Shown here piece after piece: positions 26,621 to 39,383 of a stretch of DNA of 64,000 nt. The notes under the pieces were generated by a model that saw only the letters and a program-made list of their open reading frames with translations, did not search any database and had not been told where the DNA came from. Made by a program: the position numbers and the translations under genes. Origin of the DNA: Tubulanus polymorphus (lineage: Eukaryota; Animalia; Nemertea); assembly GCF_964204645.1 (NCBI RefSeq), contig NC_134035.1, forward strand, positions 3,038,001 to 3,102,000. Direction: 5' to 3'. Numbering within the stretch: position 1 is the first letter of the stretch; each line of letters opens with the position of its first letter.

Positions 26621-29600
26621 GTCTTTAGAACTCAGAGAGCAGTAGATTGACAACATTAATAATGGGGCGAAACCCAAATTTGATGATATAACAGTTTATT
26701 CTGACAATTTCGAAGATTTGACTCAACTTCAATATCGGACAAACGTAAAAAGAAATGAATAGATTGATAGATCGTCGACTGCGGTTTTGCTCATTAACTC
26801 TGAAATTACTGAGATTAATATCAGTCTGACAGTCGGACTAACAACATTTGTTAGTCCAGACGGGAGTCTTTCATCTCTCGCTCAGGCGTCGCTGTACCCG
26901 ATCGCGCACGCAAGTCATGTCAACCGCGAATCAATCTACTCGAACCGTCGCCTCGTTATCGCTAAAACGACATGTCTTTCTCGCGGGGCTGGAGCGTGTC
27001 AATTCAACTTTCTCACATCGGATAAAACGAAGATCAATTGTCGACGGTCCACTGATAAAAAGAATAGGTATTCTTCTTCTTCGTCATGATCGTCATTAGA
27101 CGGGCCAAACCGTTATTTCGTCCGATCACGCAAACCACATTCATTTTCATTGTAAATAGTCGTGTTCATTTCTACTCGATATTGGACGCTTTTGCCCCTG
27201 ATTTCAAGGATAAAAACACTGTAGAAAAATTCTAATGAGAGCAATTATTCAGTAGGTAAATGCAATGTTAATTATTCAGTAGATAAATGCAATGTTTTCA
27301 TAGGTTTCATTCATCAGTGGGATGTAAAGGTACGAAAAGTTATAGTTCATTTGTGATAGATTTGTTCAAAAATTGATGACCTAAGAGCACAAAATCAACC
27401 ATCTGAAACATACGTAAACCCACGTGTATCTGTACTATGAATAATAGAGTTGGCCAATGAGCTACACGTGTTGAAACAATATTTCACAGAGATTCTAATG
27501 AGCTCTAGGGAAATATTCAAACTCATTCTAGCTGCTCGCCAGGGGTAGGGTACTACTGATATTTACTGCCTGCAAGCTTTTCTATTCTTTTTTATATCTG
27601 TCAAATGAACTATTGCATGCACATTCTAACTCTATACAGGGAGGTATATCTTGTTACGACCTCTTCAATACACAGCGATTGTCAAAATTCGAATGATTTC
27701 TGCCACCCCTAAAAAATTGCGTATAAATATATTCCACTATTCACTATTCAGTTAACGTTATCGTCTAGTTTCATGGTGAAAATGAAAATGTAAAAAAATT
27801 GCTGGATTCCAAATAAAACTAGACCAATAAAACTAGTCCACTTGACCAGTGCTAACACAGCTCGTATCTCGTAACAGTACAGTCCAGTGTGATATGAAAC
27901 CAGTGTGCAACATTGTCCAACTTACGTCCTTTGTATTGATAAAGAGATTCATAAATTCATTATTTTTATTCGATGGTGTTATCTCATCGCCGTTACTATA
28001 CGTACCTATGATGTATACGGTGCGGTTTTCGGACTCGCATTTGCATGAAAAGGAAGTGAAAAGGACTAAAAAAGAAAAATCTATGATTTCGCAGAAGTGA
28101 ATTGATAAAAAGAGATTCATGAATATTCATTTAACGAATTCGTCACGCGAGGCTTATGAATTGCATACGGCGTCCGTGAATATGAAAGAAAAATGAATTT
28201 CTGTAAAGCTATGATAGAATCGAAAATCGGCACGGATAGCAGTTCATATTCACAAGGCGCTCAAAAGATCAGTCGTCGACGAGAGATATTCAAATCGAAC
28301 GTCGAAATAAGAGCGAATTCAATCTAGAAAACATATAATCGAAAACCTAACACGATCGAAGAGCTGTTGCAAAAAATTCTAATCCGAAATTCAACGACGC
28401 CGGCCGCAGACAATGATCGATTATATTTCCTCGCAGATGGATCGATTCGCTACAAATCAGAGGATTATCCGAGATGTATAAAGCGGCTCTGAAACCACCC
28501 ACTGAAAAACTATTTCTGTAATCCCGCCGAAAATAAATCAGAGTTATTCTACGAAAATGTTTCCATAAACAACGAATTTCGAGCGCGTGAAAATTTATAG
28601 TTATGTGTTCGACGTGGTAGATTGTGGCCGCTGTTCGAAATGCGTTTGTCTTAGCAGACGGATTTATGCGTTACGTGCACGAAAGTCAGATGCGACTTCG
28701 AGAAAAAAACCTGAAAAACTTTACCGTCAGTTTCATAGATCGGGAGCCAGTTCTAATCTACGGCTCTGAGTTTGAAAAGGGAACTGATTTTTAACTCAGA
28801 GATAGCTCTAACTCACAATAGTGGAACCGGTAGATTTGACTCTTAAGGTAACTCATTGTAAATGAACTAATCTTAACTCAGAGTTAACTCTAACTCATCA
28901 TAACTGCGGATCCAATTGACCAACACTTGAGATACTAAAAACTGATCAAGCGACGCCTGGCGTCGCGATCAAAGGCATCGAGACGGAGAACGACGATACG
29001 TCTGTCCGTCTTTACCGACACCGACGCTCTGCGTAGAAAAAAAGAAATCGCGCTTTTTTATCCGGGCGAACGAAGAAGAAATATTCGGATGTCGATTCGT
29101 CATTTTCTAACGTCACAGGCGTGACGTGTTCGGACGCGCCGAGAGCGAACGCAAATTGACGTGTAATTGACAAGTTGCGGCCGGCTAACAAAAACACAAG
29201 CGAGCTTTGTAAATTCAGTGGATTATCTCAAACGTTCGTTTATCCCGAGAACGAACTGAAACTAATAACAAAGCGGTCGTTTTTCTCGTCTAATCACGCG
29301 TCGGTTGAGAAGTCTCGTCTAGCGCGGAGGAGACGGAGACTCGTACATCTGACATAAGTCGTAGTGTGATAAACGCAGAATTTACTTACCGCCACAGAGA
29401 CCGTATATCATACCAGGGCCAGAGGAGATAACTGGACCTGTAGAAAAAAGAGGTAAGTTTTATTTCTCAAAATCAATAGTAACATATTTTCTTCTTATAA
29501 AACAAAATTATGTATTCAATAGTCTTAATGATGCGTAGCATGTAAGATACATGGAATGGCCACTGGAGAAGCCTGATGGCTTGACTCAACAGAGGTCCCG

Positions 29601-30717
29601 TACCAATACGTATTAATAACAATAAACGGTACAGGGATCTTATCTATTATTATAAATAGATAGGATAATGATGATAATCAATGATAAGGATTAATTACCA
29701 TAGATATTGATGATAGTAGATTATTTCGCAATTGTAATTTATTTGTCATCATGATTCATTTGACTACCGGTTGACTTCGCAAAAGTGAAGGGATTTTCCG
29801 GAGGAATGACTTATTGAATATCCTAGGGCCGGTTGCATAGACATGGCTTAGAATTAAGACCAGTCTAAGACCAACTTACTTCTATAGCCAATCTAACAAC
29901 CTAAGACCAGTCTTAAGATCAAAGGTCACTTTTGGACTTAAGTCACGACTGTGCAACTGGGCCCTGGTTATGATACAAATAAATCAATCAACAAATAAAT
30001 GGATAAACGGATAATGATAAACTGGATGTTTTCTGTATGAATAAAGTAATGTAATAGCTATTTAAGTTTATACTCTATTTTTAACGCGTTCATACGGCCT
30101 CGTGCGATACGGACGGCATAAAGATTGTATTCAAACAAATTATCGCTTTCTATCAATAATATTTACGAAAACCGCCATCGTTGGCAAATAAACTGAACAT
30201 TGAAAAACTATCAAAACATCAAAACAGACAAATCAATCGAATATGCAAAAGAAATACGTGAAATTCCACACGCCGAGGATATATCAATGCATCGGGACTT
30301 ATAGATCTTTCGAGATACTTTTGATAACAAGTTGATACATTTCTTATTTCAACATCTGACAGAAAGGTTTAACTCTTAAATCGGTTCAATTTCTTCGTTA
30401 ATTCAGTTCATCTTAAATCGATTTAGACCTTAATCAATTTTGTGAAACAGGGCCCGGTTTCAGTTCAAGCTTAAGACGGGTAAAATTTGAATTGTAGTCC
30501 TCATTGAAAGCACGAAGTAACCAATGGTAATTACACCAAAAATTTGAATTTAACTTTTTCGTGAAATTGGGCCCTGGTGATATTTCTTAAATTTGGTCGA
30601 TCTATTATTTCCAAAACCGGAATCATCATAAAACTAGTATAAGAATTTATCGACGTGATATTGCAAACACGTTAGGTTATAGAGTAAACATTACGAAGCT
30701 AGCCTCGGAAAACCCGG

Positions 30718-30829
30718 TATATAAAATACAGTTCTAATTGCTTCGCAATGTTGATTCTTCTAATTTGTTTCTTGTCACACTGAATGTATTATTGAGGTTG
30801 ACAGGTCATTAATTTCGCTAGCATCGGGT
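30718..30829 (+). promoter_or_regulatory. Candidate TATA box and 5'-UTR exon donor for the GPCR at 32452
   Basis: TATATAAA at 30718-30725, donor GG|gtaaga at 30828, and a good acceptor 'tttcag' ending at 32274, upstream of the GPCR ATG. Confidence 0.3.
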
Positions 30830-31011
30830 AAGATATAAGTTCGCCGGCGGAAATCTAGTTGTCCGCCGATTATTACGTTCCTCCGCTAGACAAAAAAACC
30901 ACCGAGGTTTCCATGACGAGAAATCGTTTCGTTTCCCAATGGACACGACGTAACTGTCTAGTTCAATTGGAGAAAAAAGAACACAATATGAAGAAAATAC
31001 TACTTATATAT

Positions 31012-31252
31012 TTACGTTTTGACTGAATTCTATAAGCCATTTTTAAAACAAAGAGAGTAGTGACGTTTAGACTCAAATCTATAAGCTATTTTCAAAACAC
31101 TAAGAGAGTAGTGACCTAAAAATTCAATTCTACGAGCCATTTTCAAAACTAAGAGAGTAGTGTCGTTTAGACTCAATTCTTAAGCCATTTTCAAAACTAA
31201 GAGAGTAGTGTCGTTTCGTTTCGTTTCAATGCTATGAGCTATTTCCAAAACT
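31012..31252 (-). repeat. Five ~50-bp tandem units resembling decayed hammerhead motifs
   Basis: Minus-strand unit: CTACTCTCTTAGTT-TTGAAAA-TGGCT-TATAGAATTG-AGTC-TAAA-CGTCA. A related monomer with an intact GAAACGTC lies at ~58574-58619. Confidence 0.6.
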
Positions 31253-32451
31253 GACAAAAAAAAACTGAAGCGAAATGGCCCGGCGAAATGGCTCATATGG
31301 TTGAGTCGAAAAGTCATATACAACCCGTACTTTTTTATCTTCATGTTGTGGGCTTTTCATCAGATTTGTTTGACATTTACATTGCATAATCTCGATATGT
31401 TTACTCGGCAAAATGGTTCCGCGCTCTCATCCGAAAAGGTCGACCAACTCTCTGAGCGAAGATGCCGTCGCAAAGAAGAGATTATTTTACGACCTACGGT
31501 GAATCTGGATACGTGACGAAATAAACGTCTGGTTATTTGCCGGTCGCTAATCCAGAGTTAGATTAACGGAGGTAGCCGTTTACCGACGGTCCATTGGATC
31601 GGCAGGAACGTGACAACCTTGGCGGTCGGTTAAACAGAAATGTGGCGTCAACTGTTTTGTCTCGGATGTCAATCTATTATTCATCAAGTGTTCAAGTGTT
31701 TCCCTCCTGCGAAACCAACAAACCTGTCGGGAACAAAACGGGAATTTATGGTTTTCGAAATCGGAGATCAAAATTTCGGAAGGTCGAATTTAGAGAATTT
31801 TTTCTTTTAATTGAAATACATGATTGGGAACTTGACTCCAGTTCGGGTAAACAATCTACTATCCAGCTTCAACTGGTGTTCACTCACTGCAGCAGGGCTG
31901 TTTTTCATGTTGACTACATAGTTTAATCAAGATTGCCAAGAACTAAAAAAGGGACTAAGATCTTTTATAATCTGTTTAGTTTATGAAGTGCATTTTTAAA
32001 ACTTTTTTTAAGACTTTCACCGAGTTAACCAAGTTCATAATCGATTCTCTCTTCATGGCTCTTGATTTATGAAACACAATTCTTGCAATGATTTTGTTTT
32101 TTTATATGAAATTATTGTCCTTGATAAAACGCATTCGGATATAAACGCAAATACAGTATTACCCACTGACTCAAATTATTATCATTTGTTTCTTCTGAAC
32201 TATAAACAAATAATATATTTTGTTGTTACACTGGGTACATTGATCTTCATGAATTCTTTTCAATCATATTTCAGATCGCAGGTTCGGAACATATCAGCAC
32301 AGCGCAACGCAACTCCATAAAATGCGCCGATTAAGTTAATTCCGACAATTTTTGTTTTGCGCGAAGCGTACGTAAACGTAACGCGGCATAATCCCCCAAA
32401 ACAGAGGTCTCTATAACGAGCCAGTATTAGTTCTAAAACGTCTTTGAAACT

Positions 32452-33483
32452 ATGGCGAGCAACAACAGCTCCGACGTTTATCCGTACGTCAAGTCATTCT
32501 CCGCCGTTTTCATCCAAGATTTCCCGACGTCGAATACGAGCAATCAGAGATTGTTCCTCTACTTCTTCCCGGTAATATTCGTCTTCGGAATCGTCGGCAA
32601 CACTTTGTCGTTTTGCGTCATGTACACGGCTCGGATGCGCCGTTGTTCGTACAGCTATTACCTGTCAACGTTGGCCGTGTTCGATTCGGGAATGCTCGTG
32701 TTCAACGCGTTGGCCTGGGTGAACGCGATCGCTTTCATGGCGGCGAACAAAATCGTCGTCACGATCGACTCGGATATCCGTTGTAAAGTTATGGAGCTGT
32801 ATTCCGACGTTTTCATGATGGGCAGCTCGTGGACGGTGGTGATCGTCACGCTCGAGCGTCTGGTGATCGTTCTGTTCCCGTTCAAAGGTCGCATCGTCTG
32901 CACGCCGAAGTTCGCGAGAGGAGTGGTCGCCGCGCACGTGCTCGTCGTGTTCGCTATGTCACCTTGGACGGCCTCCAGCACGCATTACGTTCCCGGCGAA
33001 GGTTGCTATCGCACGAAAAGCGATCTTGTCGCCGATTACACTTTCTCGTCGTTTCTATATATATACATACCAATCATCCTTACTTTCGGCGCAAACTTTA
33101 TCATCATCGCCGTCATGTGCCGTAGCAGTAAGTTCGGCGATAGCTCCAACAAGTCGAACACGGCCCGGCGAGTTACGTGCACGATTCTAACCATCTCGAT
33201 AACGTTCTTGTGCTTGGTGCTGCCCTTGGGTATCATAGCGGTGATGTTTGGATCGGCGAAAACTCAACAGATGCGCGATAAACTGGCCACGATCATGGAC
33301 ACGTGTCGTATCGTGTTATCGCTGAATTACTGCACTAACTTTTATCTATACTTGATCACGGGAAAGGAGATACGCAAGGCGTTGGTCGGGCTCTGTCGAC
33401 GGGGCAACGATTCGAGCGGGTCGGCGACGAAAGCCGTGGCGACGGTCAGCTCCGCGGACACCAGCCAAACTTCCCGATTCTAG
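32452..33483 (+). CDS. Class A (rhodopsin-like) GPCR, FMRFamide-receptor-like/invertebrate peptide-type, 343 aa, single coding exon
   Basis: Seven hydrophobic segments, N-terminal N-glycosylation sequons, TM1 GN, TM2 LAVFD, TM3 Cys and SSWTVVIVTLERL, TM7 NYCTNFYLY, helix 8 GKEIRKAL. Confidence 0.92.
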   Translation: MASNNSSDVYPYVKSFSAVFIQDFPTSNTSNQRLFLYFFPVIFVFGIVGNTLSFCVMYTARMRRCSYSYYLSTLAVFDSGMLVFNALAWVNAIAFMAANKIVVTIDSDIRCKVMELYSDVFMMGSSWTVVIVTLERLVIVLFPFKGRIVCTPKFARGVVAAHVLVVFAMSPWTASSTHYVPGEGCYRTKSDLVADYTFSSFLYIYIPIILTFGANFIIIAVMCRSSKFGDSSNKSNTARRVTCTILTISITFLCLVLPLGIIAVMFGSAKTQQMRDKLATIMDTCRIVLSLNYCTNFYLYLITGKEIRKALVGLCRRGNDSSGSATKAVATVSSADTSQTSRF

Positions 33484-36400
33484 CGCATCGATGTTTAGAA
33501 TTGCCCGAACCTAACGTCCATTAAATCGAACATCTCGAAAGCACTCTTGATTCAAACACCGCTGGACTCCGGTTTACTTTTGTCGAAGAAACAAATGTTA
33601 TTCGATGTATTTCAGGGTCTGGTTTTATAGACAGGTGTTACCTTTAACCCGGGGGCTAACTCAACTCATTTTCAATTGAGTTAGCCTTCGGGTTAAAGAT
33701 AATACCAGTCTATAAAACCGACCCGAGGTTGTTAGAGTCGTAGAATTTTTGACCCAAGCGTATTGTCATATATTTGGTATCGTAACATCGACTATAACCA
33801 TTGATGTAACAGTAAGAGTCCGTGTTTCCCACACCAACAACCAAAAGTGTTGAAATGTTTCCTTGAGTTAACGATCTATTTCAACTGTATCCCGATAAGT
33901 ACGGGAATTATGAAATTAATGAAACACTCCGAGTCTGTGTTGTGACGATAGTAAGAGAAAATCCCACACCTGAAAAATTAGCGCGACATGTTCCCTCGAG
34001 TTAGCATTTCATTTGACCAAGGACTCTGGAACTAATTCGTTTTAGAGTCCATGGCTTAAGAGTCCATGGTTTAACCTATTATAACATCAGCTATTCATGT
34101 ATTGCCTCTATTCACATTGTATTGTATATTGTATTCATTTACGTAATATAGAAAATGTAACACGCAACTCATTAATTTCTTTATCAATCTCGACTGCCAG
34201 TTCGAAGTGTCTTAGCCGGTGTTCGTATAGAGTCATATGAAAAAGACAGCTAAGTGATATGTATGCCAAGACCCGCGAGAATTAATGTGGCATTCATCGG
34301 TGGTTGTATTCAAGGACCAGAGATGTCATTAGAAGTCCGTCAAAAGTAGATTTTGAAGCGTCTTATGTTTTTGCGAATCGGTACGTTTATTATCCACATG
34401 TTGAAACGTATACATCTAAGTGAATTAAGAAGACAATTTTATCCCAGTGAAGTTGGCTACTCGTTCAAATGTGAAGTTGGTTCCCTATTTGGCTGCTTAT
34501 CCGATTCAGGAACAAGGAACAAGGAACAAGTGGCCAATTTTTCTGGGGTGAAAATTTTCAAATGTTTTCTGCGGGAAGACCCCAGCCCGGTCGAATTCAT
34601 TTTCGTTTGCTGAAATTTTCTAGATCCGTCCCTGTAGAATTCCGATTGAATACGCGCCCGACCAACACGATGTAATGGTTATCAGTTCGTGCTCGGAATT
34701 ACCCGCTCCCTATTAGGACGATCCTCGCGTTGTTTATCGGTATAGCGTGAATCGGATTCGTTCGTGTTGCAATATTATGAAAAACGAAACGTTTATCAAA
34801 CAGAAAATAGCGGCGAACCTTACAAATAATGACAGCGACATGACTTAATAATGATTACGCCTGGAGACTCGCGTTATCATTCATCCGATTCGTTTTCGCC
34901 GGGATTTTACGGACGGAACGAGAAATTATCCCGATTCATATCAATTTGTGACGCGCGCTCGAAAATTACCGTAGTTCAAATATTTGCCGACGAAAATATT
35001 CATGTAGAGTATAGACAGCTTCTTACTCTGAACCGGTTGACTGGGTAAACCGCGCATTCGCATGTGAATTTTACGAAGATTTATTTGGAAAAATCTTCTT
35101 TGCCCAGATCATCAAATCAGTTGAATATTTAAAGTAGGTTGCACTTAGTTTACTGTATAGCAGACTCTTGATTACTCGAGGTCAACTCGAGCTCAAGTCG
35201 GAATTTTTAAGTATGAAATTTACGGATTGAATTTCAGAAAGATCTATTTCGAAAAACCTTCTATTGCCATCGTTCCCAATTCAGTCCCAACGGTTATTAC
35301 TAAATATCTACATAGTGTGTCTAGAACACAGCAGGACCTGAGCAACAAACTCTGTATTCTGTTGGAAATACGAAGAACAGGCTTACGAATTTATCTTATA
35401 AACTTTTTTTTGGTATCAGTTTAATATCTTTCGTGTTCTCGTAAAATTTCAGGGCAACTTAAACACCCCCTGCACCCCACCCTTCGACCCTTCCGCGCTT
35501 ACGACGAACAACCTCTTTACACTCGCTTTCTACAGTTGCAGTCCTGTTTACAATATCCGGTTACGTAACTAAAAAAGTTCTACTTTTTGAGACACACCTA
35601 CATGTCTATTACACACACAACACCGGATGCGTCTGCGACTCAAGCACTACGGATTATTTCGACGAAGACGCGATGAAAAATCTATCCAAATTACCGTGAT
35701 CATATACTGATGTCACGTCGTGTGCATGATTAAAACCGTGACAAATTGCGAGTAATTTACTCGCTAAGTGAATTCGAAGCGCTATATTTGTGTATCCCGA
35801 TGAAGCACCTTAGAAAATGCGGTTTTACGTAGATTATCCGCGATAATTTTCTTTCTATTCGATATTTTTCGAATTAATGGTGAAACGATTGATGAATTGA
35901 TTTCATATTTCATTCGTCTAATGAGATACAGTTGGGCCTCGTTATTACGAACTCGTGAAGATAACGATTTATCGGTTATTGGCAAAAGTAGAATCTCGTT
36001 CGAAGTAAGACGTTCTATTCAGTTATAACGAACGAATTTTTTAATATTCGTTGTAACAAGGTTTCGGCCACAATTACTGTAAATATAGAATATGATGTAT
36101 ATAATTTGGAAGCGAATCACAATATTTAGACTGTCTGGTTTTCTGAAATCTGTTTGCCGGACAAAATGAAATTTATATCAGCCGACTTATCGCCGTGTAC
36201 ATATCGAAATGGATACATTCAACACAAAAAAATGATTCGTTTCCCCGAAGAAGCTGTTATTCTCGATTAGCGAAAGCTCGCACTTCAAATAAATCTTGTT
36301 AACACTATTTGTCTTATAACATTTATCGGCACAAAATAGTAAATAATCCAGAAAAGTCTTTTCTAATGAAAAAATTTCTTGTCAAATACACCCGCACAGT

Positions 36401-36505
36401 AGGTTAAAGCGTGGTCACTCAAAACGATTTTCTTCCTTCCAGAGTCCGTGGTTAAAGGCTACTTTTTTCTTGGAGAGGGGCAGAGTAAGGAACTTGTCAC
36501 TGCCA

Positions 36506-36945
36506 GAATAAACCATTTTACAGTTGCTAGCCGCCATTTTGTTAGGCAAGATATCTTAAGATTTTAAAGTTCACTTGAAAGGGGGTGTTTATGCACACAG
36601 TTCTTGAAATGTTTGGATTTTTTAGAAAGTTATTTCTGAAAATAATGAACTTCAAAGTTCAGTACCCTGGATTTTTATGCGCGCGGCAAAAACTTACCAC
36701 CGATTTTTATATCGCTCTCATGTCGCATTGTTTCAAATTTGAAAAATGATCTTTGTATAAATAAAAACTAGAGATTCACGCGGTTTAATTGTTGCTAAAA
36801 CTGTAAAAATCCATCCAGGGACAAATGAGATATGATAAAACACGCATCACAAATAGTTTCTAAAAAGGAGAAAATAATGACCCAACAATACAGGACAAAA
36901 GTACCCCAACAAAATGGCGGCTAGCAACTGTAAAATGATTTATTC
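36506..36945. mobile_element. ~440-bp non-autonomous DNA element with 38-bp terminal inverted repeats
   Basis: GAATAAACCATTTTACAGTTGCTAGCCGCCATTTTGTT (36506-36543) is the reverse complement of 36908-36945 with one mismatch. Confidence 0.75.
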
Positions 36946-39383
36946 AAACTGCGAGGTTTGGATCGAGGATTGGAGACCAGTAAGCTTTAAACCCCTGTTT
37001 TGAAACCGGCAGGTGTGGTGGGTTCATAAGCAACACCCGATCAAAACCACTCAAACCAAGCAATGAATAAATCAAAGTGACAATAATAATCCCAGATCTA
37101 AGATAAAACCAGTATTTTGATAATGAATTAAATTCAAAGATTTGCTCGCTTTCGCAGAAGTCACCGCTTTAAAAAAAAGTATTTAGCTTTTGTCGCGAAG
37201 AGATGTTGCCGTTTCAGCGTTAAAACTAATCGGTAGGCGCCCGAGGGGACACTAATACGTAATAAGCATTAATAAGCATTAAGCCTGGTTTTCACGCAAG
37301 CGTTTTCTTGTGGCAGCAGGAAAAGCTACCGCGAAAACCGCAGGCTTTAAGAATTGAAAAAAGACATACGAAATCGTCGTCGTCTCTGTCACTTTAAGAC
37401 AACCGTTAATCAAAAAATATTCTAAACGGCGTAAAAACCGCGGCGGCAATTAAAACTTCGATTGATTTAATCAACGTGGGAATCCACGCACAGTTTCACG
37501 ACGTCAGAATCGATACCGTGTGCACGGACCGTTCGCATCGACGGTGAAGAATCGGAATTCGCCTGGGGAATGGGGAAAACGAATTCAAACGGAATTAGGT
37601 TGACTTAAAGACTTAAAGAAGCGAACGAACGATTTATATCGATAGAGGTTTATATATATACTTAAAAAGCAACATCTCGCCGGGGAGCTGGGGAACGAAA
37701 CAACGTTGCTTTGTCCGGTGCGTAGATTGGAAATTCTTTTGAGACGTTCTTATCGACTGAATCCTCGCCGTCTTGTGACGTCTAACGGCTTTAGTGGTTC
37801 GGTGAAAATAATGATTATTATTGCCACACATTTATGCTTGGAGTATCTATCAAGATGAGAATACTCTCGAATGCGGTTATTAGTGTTAGTTCGCTGATTT
37901 TTTACGCAACCAGGCAACAAGGCAGTTCACTGCCTGTCGATAAGTTTTACAAATCTATCTCTACCTGCGCGTTTTTAAACTCTTTCTACGATATTTCGGT
38001 ATCAAAATTTGATCCGTAATTCCATGTCGTTGGTAGAGTGGGGCGATGACAAGAGTATCACGCTGGTACAACCCACGAGCCGGTTTTATCGACTCGTATC
38101 AATATACATGATGTTGAATTGAGTTAACCCCCCAGGATAAAGTTAAGACCAGTAGCGCAGTCAAAGCCTTAAGACCCGGTGGTTGGTTCTATAACCAAAC
38201 TAAAACTTAAGAACTTGAAAACCGAGGGCCCGTTTCAGAAAAAAATTTAAACTCGAAAATTCAACCTAAACTGTCTATAGTTGAAACTTCATGAGCCCCG
38301 GACACTGGCGTATGATCTAAAATCATCTTACGGCCTAAGCCAGTAATGCGCAAGTCGGACCCTGGTTGACCGGGTCCTCATTTGCAAACAAAATACTTCC
38401 AATCATGTGATCACGTTTTATCGAGTGGAGGCATCGACCGGAACGCACCCTATAGTTCAAATACGTTAACGGAAATACATCATAAAAGAATTGTAATGAG
38501 GATTTTGAAGATATATGATTGGATTAGATAGATTTCTTCGACCTTTTTCCATTTCCATTTCCTTTCATTCCTATATTCAACAAACTCAATACGTCAACTC
38601 AGCGAACTATTTAATGATAAGGTGGTTTTATTTTCTATAATAGGTATATATACATCTGTTATTACCACGGGTATTGAATTCCTAACCAGTAGAATTGGAA
38701 AGAAAAAACGTCCCCGGCGTCTGAAATATCCCGCTGCCGCAGCGCGCCAACCGAACGCCGGTTATTAACTGACATTCTACTTGGAAATGAACAGGAAATA
38801 CACGCAGGCCACGTTATCAATCAGGTGTTGGTCGATGACGTTTCTATCAACTCGCCAGTGAACCATCCGAGTCCTCGTGTGATCGCGCCCCGAGTCTGAT
38901 GATATTACCGTATTACCACAATTACACCAAGAATGACGGCTCAATGAACACTATTCAAACACCGTGATGGACAGCGAATGACACATTGTTTTTTAATGGA
39001 CTTTAAAATCATTTTTTATGAGTCCATCGCTTTTTCTTGTAGACAAAAATAAACGCAGGCCCGTGTAGCTAGACCAATCAATAGAGAATCCGAGAATTCT
39101 GCGTGCGGGTAAGACGAAAAGCAAACAATGGAGTAAATTTTTTAGATTTCTTTGCGGTCGAATGCCGCACTTTTAATCGAAACAGCAAACATAAAGGTTC
39201 TATAGAAGTACCAGCTATAACACTACAACTATCTACATATATTTCACGCTAATGAACGAATTTTTGTATCTCAAATAAAACAAAACGATAATAAATTAAT
39301 GAATCAATTTTCGCTACGATTGACGACCATTTATTAAGGCGTAGCCTACACGAAATCATTCGCGTATCGCGAATACTTCGTTA

